Below are positions 34,182 to 45,719 of a stretch of DNA of 64,000 nt, piece by piece. The translations under genes and the position numbers were made by a program. The notes below the pieces were generated by a model. That model did not search any database. It saw only the letters and a program-made list of their open reading frames with translations, and was not told the DNA's origin. The DNA is taken from the NCBI RefSeq assembly GCF_000143415.4, contig NW_003314298.1, positions 603,014 to 667,013 of the forward strand, given 5' to 3'. Origin of the DNA: Selaginella moellendorffii (Eukaryota; Plantae; Lycopodiophyta). Position 1 is the stretch's first letter; each line of letters opens with the position of its first letter.

Positions 34182-36929
34182 ATGAAGAGCTCGTCGGATC
34201 GGCCGACAGGTACCGCCATTCTTCTTGCTCCGATTCCCCTCCTCCTCCTCCTCCTCCTCCTCCTGTGCTCTTCGATCGGGAGGGGCAGCAGCCAGGGCTG
34301 CTCCAAGGACAGCCCTCTCGTCGGATTCTCGGCCGATCTCGGCATGATCCAGCACCAGCTGCGGGGCCGCGTGACCATCCTCGACGACTGTAGCTTCCGC
34401 GTCACGGGATTCGACATGATCCAGGGCTCGCCCCACGTCTGCTGGTGGGGATCTCTGGGCGAGGATTTTCGCAACCTCACGCAGGGATTCCCAGTCTCGG
34501 CCGCGCCGCTCAACCACACTCTCCTCAGCGACGACATGGAATTTCAGCTCCTGGAGAATGTGACTTGGGAAAAAATCCAAGTCCTCGCGGTCTGGGACGA
34601 GATCACAGCCTCGGACTTTGGTCACGTAGTTCTTGACTCGAGCTGGAAGAATTCGAGCTCTTCTTCTTCTTCGCAAAGAAAGGTTCCAGCCACAGTCTTG
34701 GAGAACTGCGTGGAGCTTAGCCCGCTATACAGGCTAAGGTGGAGCTTGCTTCCAGGGAATTCTAGCTCGCTTCCAGGGAATGGTTCTTCGGTGGATATAG
34801 CGCTCGAGGCAGTGGTGCCGGAGACGAAGTATATGGCGTTTGGATGGGCGATGCCAGGGAAAGAGAACTACTTGATGATGAACGCGGACGTGGTGGTGGC
34901 GGGATTTAAGAACAGGGACACACCCTTCGCGGAGGACTACTACATCAGCAAGTATAGCGAATGCAACTGGGACTTTCAGAATCCATCCGGTGTGTGTCCC
35001 GACGTTGTTTACGACAGTAGCAGCGACAACAGCACCACTGTGCTTGTCCACGGCCAGCACGTAGACGGAGTAGCGTTCGTCCGCTACAACAGGCCGCTGT
35101 ATAGCTCCGACACCAAGCTCGACGTCTCGATCGATCCCAGCGCCAACATGACTGTGATATGGGCGCTCGGTCCGCTCAAGCCACCGGACAGCTTGCAGCC
35201 GTTTTACTGGCCGCAGAACCACGGTGGTCCGGGGAGAGTCTCGTTTGGACACGTAAACTTGGTTCTCTCCGACGCTGTGAATCAGTGCTCGGGCCCCCTG
35301 GTGGCGACGGAAGCCGAGCCGACGATCGACGTGATTGTAGCGGACAGAGGCTCTCCGCTCGTGGTTACGTCGGAGGAAGCGGCACACTATCCGAATCCAC
35401 CCAGCCCGACCAAAGTTCTCCACATCAACAAGAAGGAGGCTCCCATTGTCCAAGTTGAGAGGGGCGTTCCAGTGATTTTTTCCATACAAGCGGGTCACGA
35501 CGTCGCGTTCTACATCACCTCGGACCCCGTTGGGGGGGCGACAAATCCAAACGAGACCATTTTTGCGGGTGGCCCGGATGCTCACGGAGTGTTGTCGCAT
35601 CCGTTGGCTTTGAGCTGGCTTCCAAACAGGACGACGCCGGACGAAGTATACTACCAGGCTTTCTTCGAGAAGAAGATGGGATGGAAAATCCAGGTGGTGG
35701 ATGGCGGCCTCTCGGACATGTACAATAGCAGCGTCGTTTTGGCCGAGCAACAGGTGACGGTTTTTTGGACGACGAGTGGCACGAACATATCGTTCGCGGT
35801 GAGAGGCGAGCGAAAGAGCGGCTATCTCGCGATATCCTTTGGCAGAGGGATGGTGAACTCGTTCGCCTACGTAGGCTGGGTAGGGGCGGACGGGACTGGA
35901 TACGTGAAAAGCTACTGGATCGACGGCAGGGACGCGTCAAACATTCATCAAACAAGCGAGGAGCTGTGGGACAGGAGGTGCTCGTCCGAGAAGGGTGCAG
36001 TGACTTTCGAGTTCACCAGGAGCTTGCAACCGCGGTGCTCGTCGGACAACGACAAGGCCTGCAAGAAGAACGTCGTGGATCCATCGGTGCCGCTGAGGAT
36101 CGTCTGGGCGATGGGATCAAAGTGGGACGCAAACTTCCCGTCGGACAGAAACATGCACGACAGAACGAGCAGGAAGGCAACGGTGATCTACCTGGAGAAA
36201 GGCGCGGCCGAGGCGGACGAAGAAGTGAAGCCCGTTCTCGTCGTCCACGGGTTTATGATGTTCCTGGCCTGGGCGGTCTTGTTCCCGGGAGGCGTGGTAG
36301 CGGCAAGGTATCTCAAACACTTGGAGAACAACGTTTGGTTCCAGGCACACACTTATCTCCAGTACTCGGGCGTCACCGTGATGCTGCTAGCCTTCCTGTT
36401 CGCGGCTGCCGAGCTCCGGGGCCTCCACACAGAGACGGTGCACGTAAAGCTGGGACTGTTCAGCATTCTCCTGGCTTGCTTCCAGCCGGTGAATGCGTTC
36501 TTCCGCCCCGCAAAGTCTCCGCCGGGCCAGCAGCAGCACAAGCTGAGGATGATTTGGGAGTACTTGCACGTCTACTCGGGGAGGGGCGTGCTGGTTTTTG
36601 GGCTCGTCACTTTGGCCTCGGGGATGTCTCTACTGGCGGATATCTATGGGAGCGAGCACGTCCGGGGCTTTGAGTGGGCCTTGCTCGGCTGGGTGTTCAT
36701 GGTCTCTGGGATCATTGGCTACTTGGAGCTGAGACAGTTTTGGAACAAGGGAAAAGCTCGAGAGGCTCCTCCGGCGTGGGACGCGGATGGGCGATCGGTT
36801 CACGTCCTGGACGACAGTGATGAGGAGCGCGAAGATGACTCTGCGGGCTTGCTGGTGAATGGAAACTCGCGGCACGAGTTCCCAGCGGCATCGAGAGGGA
36901 TGGAAGTCCAGCTAGAAGCATTCCATTGA
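34182..36929 (+). CDS. Cytochrome b561, DM13 and DOMON domain-containing protein (At5g54830-like)
   Basis: Intronless ORF (open from 34080; ATG 34182 precedes a poly-Leu signal peptide). DM13 (QHQLRG...DDCSFRVTGFDM...VWDEITASDFGHV), two DOMON domains, and a C-terminal b561 with VHGFMMFLAWAVLFPGG and conserved His residues. Confidence 0.93.
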   Translation: MKSSSDRPTGTAILLAPIPLLLLLLLLLCSSIGRGSSQGCSKDSPLVGFSADLGMIQHQLRGRVTILDDCSFRVTGFDMIQGSPHVCWWGSLGEDFRNLTQGFPVSAAPLNHTLLSDDMEFQLLENVTWEKIQVLAVWDEITASDFGHVVLDSSWKNSSSSSSSQRKVPATVLENCVELSPLYRLRWSLLPGNSSSLPGNGSSVDIALEAVVPETKYMAFGWAMPGKENYLMMNADVVVAGFKNRDTPFAEDYYISKYSECNWDFQNPSGVCPDVVYDSSSDNSTTVLVHGQHVDGVAFVRYNRPLYSSDTKLDVSIDPSANMTVIWALGPLKPPDSLQPFYWPQNHGGPGRVSFGHVNLVLSDAVNQCSGPLVATEAEPTIDVIVADRGSPLVVTSEEAAHYPNPPSPTKVLHINKKEAPIVQVERGVPVIFSIQAGHDVAFYITSDPVGGATNPNETIFAGGPDAHGVLSHPLALSWLPNRTTPDEVYYQAFFEKKMGWKIQVVDGGLSDMYNSSVVLAEQQVTVFWTTSGTNISFAVRGERKSGYLAISFGRGMVNSFAYVGWVGADGTGYVKSYWIDGRDASNIHQTSEELWDRRCSSEKGAVTFEFTRSLQPRCSSDNDKACKKNVVDPSVPLRIVWAMGSKWDANFPSDRNMHDRTSRKATVIYLEKGAAEADEEVKPVLVVHGFMMFLAWAVLFPGGVVAARYLKHLENNVWFQAHTYLQYSGVTVMLLAFLFAAAELRGLHTETVHVKLGLFSILLACFQPVNAFFRPAKSPPGQQQHKLRMIWEYLHVYSGRGVLVFGLVTLASGMSLLADIYGSEHVRGFEWALLGWVFMVSGIIGYLELRQFWNKGKAREAPPAWDADGRSVHVLDDSDEEREDDSAGLLVNGNSRHEFPAASRGMEVQLEAFH

Positions 36930-38156
36930 TGTGCTGAGTATATATATAACTTAGGATAGTCTGGAATTCTCACAAAAAATCTTTGTTAGTCTGTAGTCTG
37001 AAAATCAATTTTATGTGTTAAACAAAATTCAACTTAGTCAAAAGTATTCCAAAGAATTTAGTTCTTTGTTTGTTTTATAATATGCTGGAACAGCGATCAT
37101 CGTCATGAAACAAGACCATGAAGTCTCTGTGTCCATCTGTTTTGAACATTCCAACGGAAACTCGATTGCATTGTTGAGATCTTTTCTCTGCAAATCTTTT
37201 CTCCACAAATCCCTTTATAAACATATTCATGAAAGGCAATATCTTCATATCATCTTCAAGATCCAGGAGGAACTTCCCAAAGCTCTATCGAGCATGGCAA
37301 TTGGGATGGTGGCGTGCTTGATGAGGTCCACGGTCCCTTGGGATGGAACTGATATATCCTCGCAAATGCTAGATTGGAAAATTGGATGATATCGCTTGGG
37401 AAGATTTTCTTCATCACCCTCCTCTTGTTCCTTTCCCAACAACTGCCTCTAGTTCACGAACCCTTGGATATATCTCCTCCTCAGCAGAGCCATGAAACTG
37501 TGGCAGCTCTGGCACTGCGAGGTCCTGCTATTCTCTCGCAACAATTTTGAAGGTTCATAGCGTAAGGTGAGTGTTTTCGTTTTTTCTCCTTTCTCGCTCT
37601 TTTCTTTTTGTTTGATGTTAGTTGTTAGTCACAGGGAGAGTGCTATGGCCTCACAGCTAACACTATGGCAAGGTGAGAAACACAACCAGGGTAGATGAGA
37701 GTTTCCTCCCAAGGCGTCTTCCTTTCTCCAGAGCCTAGCTCTTTCTTTCTCAAGCACTGTAATGAGGTGTTGTCTGTCTTGGAGCCCAGAGTTATGGCTC
37801 CATGGCCGGGCCATAGCGTTAAAGGCCGCAAAGTGCCAACTGCATGTTTTCTCTATTGATCAGCTTTTGTTTAATTTTTGCTTTTTCTTCTCAAGCAGAG
37901 TGAGTTGCTTGGATCATGTGAAGAGAGTGAGCACTTGGATCGTGTGAAAGAGAGTAATCTGTGAGTGGTACTTGAATCATGTCAAATGTCAAAATTTAAA
38001 TATAAATTTAAAAATATTTATTTATAAAGTCTGTAAATATATTTATAAGGTCAAATACATGTATTACCATGCCTAGATAATACACTAACTACGTCCATTT
38101 CATGAAAATTCTTTGATTTGGTGTTGTCACAAAGTTGGAAAATTAAAGTTAATTTA

Positions 38157-38950
38157 CTAGTGAGGATCGACGTCATCGTCGTTGTAGAACGCCTCGGCGC
38201 TGGCCTGAACGTGAGCAGCTCGGTCGCTCGAGGTGGTGATGCAGTTGAGCTTGACGCGCTTGTCCCACGGCGGCCGGACGTTCTCCATCCCTGGGACGAG
38301 CTCCTGGATTGTCATCGGTCCCGGAGGCAGCGCGGGGAGGTTGTGGACGTAGCCTCGCTGCCTGGACGCAGCGCAAAACCATTTGGAGTTGACGAGCTCG
38401 AGAAAATGTCCTCCCAGCTCCCGCGAGGCATGAACGCTATGTTCTCGAAGTAGAAGAACGGTGGAGGGAGACTGGAAGATGGCAGCGTTCTTGATCTCGT
38501 TGGCTGCCCCATCGCCTTGGTTTCGCTGCTCCGGCAGGAAGCCATCGAAGTTGTCCTCCAAGTCGTGGAAGTTGGCGAAGAAGGTATCGTCTTCTCGTTT
38601 CCTTTTCCCGTCCGTGGTGTCAACTCTCCGGCTGCTGGCCTTGATTCTTCGTCCCACTCTCGGTAGATCCTTGCAAGGTCTGGTTTTTCTTCAAGCCGTG
38701 GTCCTTGGCAAAGATATGCTCGACGACGTCCTCGAGCTTTGCATCGTTTCCTACAGAAATCAATGAATACAAAAGTAGCAAGCATGATCATCGGTTACCG
38801 AACAATCCGAGCGCATTATCTATCTGCTCGTCTGAAAAACCCATGGATTTGAGTCTACCATGTAGATGTTGGCAGGCCTTGCGCTGTCAACGATATCCTT
38901 TGCCAGGGGCCGCCATCGTCAGAGGAGAAGCACTGCTGCGCAAGCTGCGA
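38157..38950 (-). pseudogene. DRM: DRM-type DNA cytosine methyltransferase, middle part (UBA + motifs VI-VIII + start of TRD)
   Basis: SMGFSDEQIDNALGLFG/NDAKLEDVVEHIF (UBA, intron-split), PPFFYFENIAFMPRGSWEDI, VNSKWFCAASRQRGYVHNLP and PPWDKRVKLNCITT. One frameshift. Confidence 0.85.
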
Positions 38951-38959
38951 GTAACTTTG

Positions 38960-39470
38960 ACAGATTTTCCAGCTTTGTGGCAATACTTTGATCACTAGAT
39001 CTTTTCTTTGGTTTGATCTTCGAGATTTTGATTGATGTGATCACAGAGATGCATAGAAAAGTTGTGTTTTCGCGAAGAATCCAGGCCGACTCTTTGACAA
39101 AGCTTTCTTTTTTTCATCATGTGATCTTTGCAAAATCGTTTTATGACCACAGCGAATTTGACAAGAACTTTGTGACGATTTTCGCACTGAATCTTTTCTT
39201 TCGTTTGATCTTCGAGAAATTGACTGATTTCATCACAGAGACGCATGGAAAAGTCGTGGTTTTCGTGGTCTCTTTGACAAAATTTTCCTTGTGATAACAG
39301 CGTGTTTGACACGAAAATTTCCAACTTCGTGACGATTTTCGTTTTTGGACCACTGAATCTTTTCTTTGGTTTGATCTTCAAGAATTTTGATTAATGTGAT
39401 CACAGGAGACGCATGGACAAGTCGTGGTTTATTCGAATCCAAGCAGCTCTTGACAAGATTTTCCTTTTCT
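38960..39470. repeat. Degenerate tandem repeats resembling CACTA subterminal repeats
   Basis: Repeated CACTGAATCTTTTCTTTGGTTTGATCTTCGAGA...ATCACAGAGACGCATGGA and TTTGTGACGATTTTC motifs. Confidence 0.6.
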
Positions 39471-39473
39471 CAT

Positions 39474-40039
39474 CCTGTGATCCAGAGAGCCAACCTCGTC
39501 TGGCGCAGCCCGGGGGATCCTGGCGCCGCTCAAAGTCCAGGAGCTGGAAGTAGTGCAAGGCTTCGACGTCGGGCACACGAGCTCCGGCCAGTCCCCGGCT
39601 GAGCGGATCAAAGCTCTCGGGAACGCCATGCAAGTCCATATGGTGGCATTGCATCTCTCGGTGCTGGCGGACCTCTTCCCAACTGGTATCCGGGTCCTCT
39701 CGCTCTTCTCGGGGATCGGCGGCATCGAGGTGCCGTTGAAGCTCGGTATTCCAATCAAGTTCCTCGGGAGCGTCGAAACCAACGCGGTGGTGGCATAGAA
39801 CCAGGCAGCGAGGAACACATATCGTCTTGGGCGACGTGGCTGAGCTGTCTCGAGAGAGGATCGAGGAGCTCGCTGCTCGAGCCGAGGGTGGCTTCGATTT
39901 GGTGGCCGGTGGAAGCCCGTGCAACAACTTCTCGGGTAACAACAGGACTTGGATCACTGGCGATAAGTCGCGGCTCTTCTTCGACTACGTGAGGATTCTC
40001 ACAACAGTGAGAAGCATCATGGCCAAGTCGGCGTCGTGA
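39474..40039 (+). pseudogene. DRM: DRM methyltransferase C-terminal half (TRD, motifs IX-X and I-V), on the opposite strand to the middle part
   Basis: ANLVW, ERIKALGNAMQV, RVLSLFSGIGGIEV, FDLVAGGSPCNNFSGNNR and SRLFFDYVRIL. Contains a frameshift and a premature stop. Confidence 0.9.
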
Positions 40040-40094
40040 TCGAATCCACCAGGCAAGTTCTTTTACCCCGAGAACTCTTTCCAAATCGCGAACT

Positions 40095-40600
40095 TACCTC
40101 TGCTCGAAGCAGATCTGGATGCTGCGAAAAAATGTAATCAGCTATGGCTGAGTCTTGAGCATTGGCACCTATGAAAAAGAAATATAGAGGAAGAGAATGT
40201 AAGTCATAAGCTTCGCTTGCAAAGCACAAGCAAAGAAAGACAAACGTAAGAGAAAAGCTTGCCCCTGAAAATATCTTCGAGATCAACTTGTCCATCGAAA
40301 AGGAAGGAAAAAACACTCTGGAGCCTACCTGCATTGCGAGGATCTTTGAATCGAATACCCGAAATCTCCATGGCGCGATCGATGAGCGATGATGAGAACC
40401 TCATCGCCCACAGCTCGTTTCTGCTGGATCGAGGGATCGCGCTGCGCAGTGTCGTCAGCCTGAAAAAGAGATTGAAAAGAGGGCAAGAATACAAGGGAGA
40501 ATCCAATACCTTGTAACCGTCCTCAACATCGAAAGAGAAGGATAGCGAGTCATCGTACTCGTCCTCGGATTCGGGGGAGGAGCCACACTCTACAAGCATG
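40095..40600 (-). pseudogene. DRM-like N-terminal UBA exons
   Basis: LWAMRFSSSLIDRAMEISG / ANAQDSAIADYIFSQ resembles a DRM UBA. Short GT-AG introns are visible. Confidence 0.5.
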
Positions 40601-43600
40601 GCTGGAGCGACGAAAACAAAACCTCCCGGGCTCCCAGTAAGAGGTGTCGCGGAAGATTCAACCGCAGACAAGTGTGCAAATGTTAATAATTTTGATTCAC
40701 GCTTGCATTACAAAAAATATTCCACGTGCTTCAATTAAATTGTATTATTCGGCCGTATCTTTAAAATTTGATATCTCTTTTCTCTCTCCTATGTGGCACC
40801 TAATTTTACACTTCTTTCAGAGAGGTTGAAAAGAAGCAGAGACACACAAGAGAGATATATATATATATATATATATAATTTGCTTAACTTCTCAAAGTTT
40901 ATTTTATCAATTGGTTTTGCAACCAGAATTTATCCAACCATCAAGCTCTAGTAAATAGATAGTAATTCTACCCAATCATTCATTTATTCATTCATTCATT
41001 CATGTTTACATGGTCTTGTAGTGCCCCCTTCTGCATTAGTCCAGTTGGAGAACTACAAAATCACCTCTACAATGATCTTATGAATCCTCTCTAATCTAAA
41101 CTAGATCCAAACATAAAAAGGAAAGAAATACTTAACCATGTGCTATTGCAAAGATGTTGATGTTGAGATTGATGCACATCTCACAACCTTGATCCCCAGA
41201 AGGCAGTGAGTAAGATAGGCATGGAAGAGAAGAGTAGATGTTGAGCAAGTGGAGTGTATGTTATTATGGCCAAGGATATAAAAGACAGAAAGGGGATAAG
41301 TCTAGTGTGCTATCACCAGCCTATATAACCACTACATGCCCAGTCATCCAAGTCAAGAATTTAGACCGGAAGAAATTTTGATCTCAATTCCTAACTCAGA
41401 AAATGCCTTTGTGCGAAAATCACGATGCAAAATGCATGTACCTCTCTACTCTCCGACGACTAGAGTTGAGCAGCTCTTGCAGCTCAAGCTTCCATTGTAG
41501 TGGTGGTAGCAGTTGTGGTGTTAGCCTCTGGTTCTTCCTCATAGTCCTTGAGCTTGTCGCGAGTGTAGTTCTTTATGGCAGTCTCGAGCATCTGTAGTTG
41601 GGCCTTGAGCTCCATGTTCTCTTTGGTGAGGCAGGCATTCTCGAGTTGGTACTGCTGCGCTAACTCGAAAGATTCTCAGCAGGTGTTTGGTGTTGGGAGT
41701 CCATGAGCCTGTATAGTGCAAAGGATTCCCTTTACCTGATCGAGTTCCTGAGCCATGCTTGCATTTTCTCCTCGTGTGGACGTGCAAAAACATTGCGGAA
41801 GAAGCTCTCCATGTCGTCCTGCATGTACACCGCCATGTTGGAGTTATGGTACTGCTCCAGGAAGTTTGTAGGCATGGGACGGATCACTTTCGGTTGCTGC
41901 TGGTCCTGATGATGATGCTCATGCTGCTCCGAATTGTAGTGGTGGTGCTTGTTGTTAATGTGCTCATGATGAAATTGGCGTTGCATTGTTGAACAAGGCG
42001 GCTGCATGTTGTCAGCAGTGGTGTCTGGAGCAAATGTCTGTTGCAGCTCAGCTGGCTGCTGTAGCTCGGTTGGCTGCTGCAGCAAAGATGGCTGCTCCTT
42101 GTAAGCCACAAATTTTTCCTTTCCAATTTGCCAGCTTACCTCGTCTATCCGACCAACTCTGCCTTGGCTTGTGCTAAGTTCCCTCGCCAAGGTTCCCGCC
42201 TATGGTACCAGCTCCTACTTGGTCCTACTTGGTTTCAGCTACTCACTACACGAGCAACGGAGTGTTAGCCATCCATCTATGGATTCCCAAATCTCTCCCA
42301 ATCCCCTCCCCAGGTTAGACTGGACTTAAGGTTCGGCTACACTCCCCGCAGGCACAAGCAGCCAAGCACACCAAGCCTCCAGATTCCTAACACCCCTTGG
42401 TACCACAAGGTTTAATCATAGGACCCTCTAAATCCCAAGCCTTTGGTGCAGCACTTGCTTCGGGACGTCGGGGCAAAACACCGTGGCTTAATGGCTCAGT
42501 ATGGGTACCTCTACCCCCCCACTTCCATCCCGAAGGGAAGGCCCAAGCCCCTAGGAAGGGCGAGGACCAATGAGCCACAAGGTACTCAAGTGGGGCACCA
42601 CTCCATATGAGCCAGGAGCACCGCAGTCGGTTTCCCTTTCGGGAGTGGAGTTGCTCTTAAGCACTTCCCTGGGTGGCCCCTCCGGCACCACTCAAGCCCA
42701 TGCTCACTCCCACCCAAGGCCCCTCGGCCCCAGTCTCAACCTCAAGTCAGTTTGGAAGCACCATTGGAGAGTTCCTTCAAGACTGGTTCCTGGACCTCAC
42801 TATCCCTACTATACTTTTGGAACCCCCTACAGCCCCCCCCCCCCCCCCCCCCTGGGAGATGCACGCTTTGGGCTTTCACCCCTTGACCCTTATTAGTATT
42901 TGGACTTAGTCTCTGGCTCGATCTCGGACCCGATTTCGGATCCGACTTCGGATTCAGTCTCGGACTCGATCTCGGACTCGATCTCGGACCCGATCTCAGA
43001 CCCGACCTCGGACCCGACCTCGGACTCGGTCTCGGACCTGATTTCGGGTCTCGGACTCCGTCTCAAACTTGGTCTCGAACTTGGACTCGAACTCGGTCCC
43101 CGAGTCGGTCTCGGACTCGATTCCGGACTCTATCTCGAACTCGGCCCTAGAGTCGGTCTTGGACTCGATCTTCGACTTGGTCCCATCTGATGAACTCTTT
43201 GTCATTTTGGTCATGCTTTTGGGGTTCCTTTAGCCTACGACACTTCGGCGGGTTTGTTCCTTACAACTCCACCACCCATAGAAGAAGTTCGATGCCCACA
43301 TCGAACATTTCGTTTTATCCTACAACTTGTTGACCATGTCTCCGGGGGCATCCCCCCCACTTAGCGGTGTGCCTAAGTTAGCCTCCCCGGCCAAGAGCCC
43401 ATGACAACAGAATATAGGTGTCTCTATACCCCTCACCTCACCACGCCCTAGTATGGGGACTTGAACCCAACCTTGCTTTACTAGGGGGTTGGGACTTGAA
43501 CCCAACCTCCGTAGAATATGTCTACGGATTTGACATCCCCGCGGGGAGTCGGGCGTAGTGCCCTACGCCTGGTCGACCTATCCAACCCATGCTAATTAGC

Positions 43601-43664
43601 TTACCTTCGGCGCGCCTTTGGGTCCCAATATATGCCACTTGCTCAACTTTGCAAATTGATATTT

Positions 43665-44850
43665 TTAATTGAATTTTGCACAAGTACATAGAGTTCTGCC
43701 ATGCAAAAATTCCTCCACTAGATCTCGCGCGTTCGCTAGGTTCTCCTCCGGTTCCCATGTTGCTTCGCAGTGTGGAAATCCTTTCCACTTCACATGGAAC
43801 TCTCTCACCTCGCGTTCTTGTTGCTTGCTCTTGCGCGCATTGAGGATGGCCTCGACTTCGTATTCCTCTTCCCCTTGGATAACCTTAGGTAAAGGTTTCA
43901 CTTGGTCCTTGCGAAGCGGATCCTCAAAGTACGGCTTAAGTAAGTTCACATGGAACACTGGGTGCACCTTCCCCATCTCTCAAGGAAGTCGGAGTCGGTA
44001 AGCCACTTTACCGATTTGTGCCTCAATCTCGTAAGGCCCCGCGAACCTGCTTAAGGAACTCAAGATCAATTCATTTACAGGAATACATGCATCTTTACCT
44101 TTGGGTCAACTTTCGGCTGATCCCACTTGGTAGCCTGAGGTTCTTGGTGTTCAGCCACACCTTCTCCCCAACTTGGAACTCTACATCTCGACGCTTTTGG
44201 TTTGCGTATTTAGTTTGCCTTTGTTGAGCCTGTTCCAAGGAATCCCTCACTAGATTCCAAATGCTGAGTCTTTCCGCCGTGAATGCCTCCACTGCGGGCA
44301 ACTCTCCATGATACTCGGCCACGCCGAGTTCCACAGGACCTTCAATAGCTCGCCCATTGATGACTTCCCATGGACTCACCCCGATACTCGAATGTGGTGA
44401 GTTGTTATAACACATTTCCGCAAGTCCCAAATGACTTACCCAATCGGTCTGATCTCCCGAGACATAGCATCGCAAATAATCCTCCAATTGCCTATTCACC
44501 CTTTCTGTTTGTCCGTCTGTTAAGAAGTGTTAGTGCTAACAACTTGACTTAATACCCCATACCTGTCTGTGGGTGATAGGCTGTGCTGAATTTCAACTTG
44601 GTGCGATACTGTTCCAGGAGAGTCCTCCAGAACCTACTGGTGAAGATCTTATCTCGATCTGAGATAATCTCTTCCGGTCTTCCCCGCACTTGAACCACTT
44701 GTTCGAAGAATAGATTCGCCACACCTTCCACATCCACTTCCGTTGTGGTGGGTATGAAATGTGCCATTTTCAAAAATCGGTCCACCACCACGAATATCGC
44801 ATCAAACCCCTCGCTTAGGGGGAGTCCTGTGATGAAGTCCATCGTAAGAC
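43665..44850 (-). pseudogene. Integrase core + GPY/F + chromodomain, interrupted by two introns (44517-44562, 44047-44098)
   Basis: TMDFITGLP...VVDRF...IISDRD...STAYHPQT^DGQTERVNRQLEDYLR...KLTQR^FAGPYEI...VHPVFHVNLLKPY...YEVEAIL...VKWKGFPHCEATWEPEENL. One TGA after AYRLRLP. Confidence 0.9.
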
Positions 44851-45719
44851 AGGTTATCGTTGAAATGCACCTTGATGGCCGCATCCAACGCTTCCTTGTA
44901 GTTAGTCAGGTTCCACCGCATCACTTCACCGCGAGCCCAGGTTTGCAAACCTGATATGAAGGCATGGAACGCATCCATATCCCCCATGTCCATGACAAGT
45001 ATCCTCTTTGCCATAAACCCATTCACATACTCCTGAATGGTTCCGGTCTGCTTCAGCCTATTCAGCTCGTCCCTTAGATGCAGAGTAGCATTCGGAGGAA
45101 CGTAAGTTGCGCGGATCCTCGCCTTCATCATTTCCCAAGTGGCCACCGGTCCTTCATTGGCCTCTGTCGTTCTCCACCAAGACTTGGCATTATCTGCCAA
45201 GTATGGTTTTGCACATGGGACCTTCTCCGAGCTCGGTAATCGCAACGCTCGGAAGTAATCCTCCATATCATAAAACCAATCCTCCACCACCTTATAGTCG
45301 TTCACTCCCTTGAAGACCGGTGGGGGCTTTGGTTTGTACTTGGGAACTGCCTGAGGGACTGATTCCACTTTGGTCTATTCGACCTTGTCTGGTTTTGCCT
45401 CAGTCCCTGCCGAAGGGTCCACACCTTCTGCGCTGCCAGCATCCGCAGTCTTTCGCCTTTTCTTGCGCTTCTCATCACGCTTTAGCTTGCGTACGAGAGT
45501 CTCCAGCAGGGCATTGGTCTGTGCCAATTGTCCTTCTAGCACATCCAATCGAGCCTTGGACGACCGAACCTCACCACCAGACTCCTGTTTGGATGTTGCC
45601 TCACTGGAGTCCTCCTCATGCAAGGATTCCTCATCCATAGCCTCCTGTTCGACCGGAGGCTCCAGCTCTGGAGGAGGTTCCGTCTCTGCCTGGGTTCGCT
45701 TATGTCCTGCCCTTGCCAT
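44851..45719 (-). pseudogene. Gag of the nested chromovirus (one in-frame TAG at 45375)
   Basis: ORFs 45375-45719 and 44802-45368 are in frame. Retrotrans_gag-like YLADNAKSWW...LRDELNRLKQTGTIQEYVNGF...FISGL. Confidence 0.85.

Noticed and set aside
34734-36673. Long overlapping ORFs (338 aa -, 302 aa +) within the DOMON/b561 gene, and similar ones in the PPR gene
   Set aside because: These are shadow ORFs from GC-rich codon usage with no recognisable domains.
40855-40877. (AT)n microsatellite
   Set aside because: Ordinary simple repeat.
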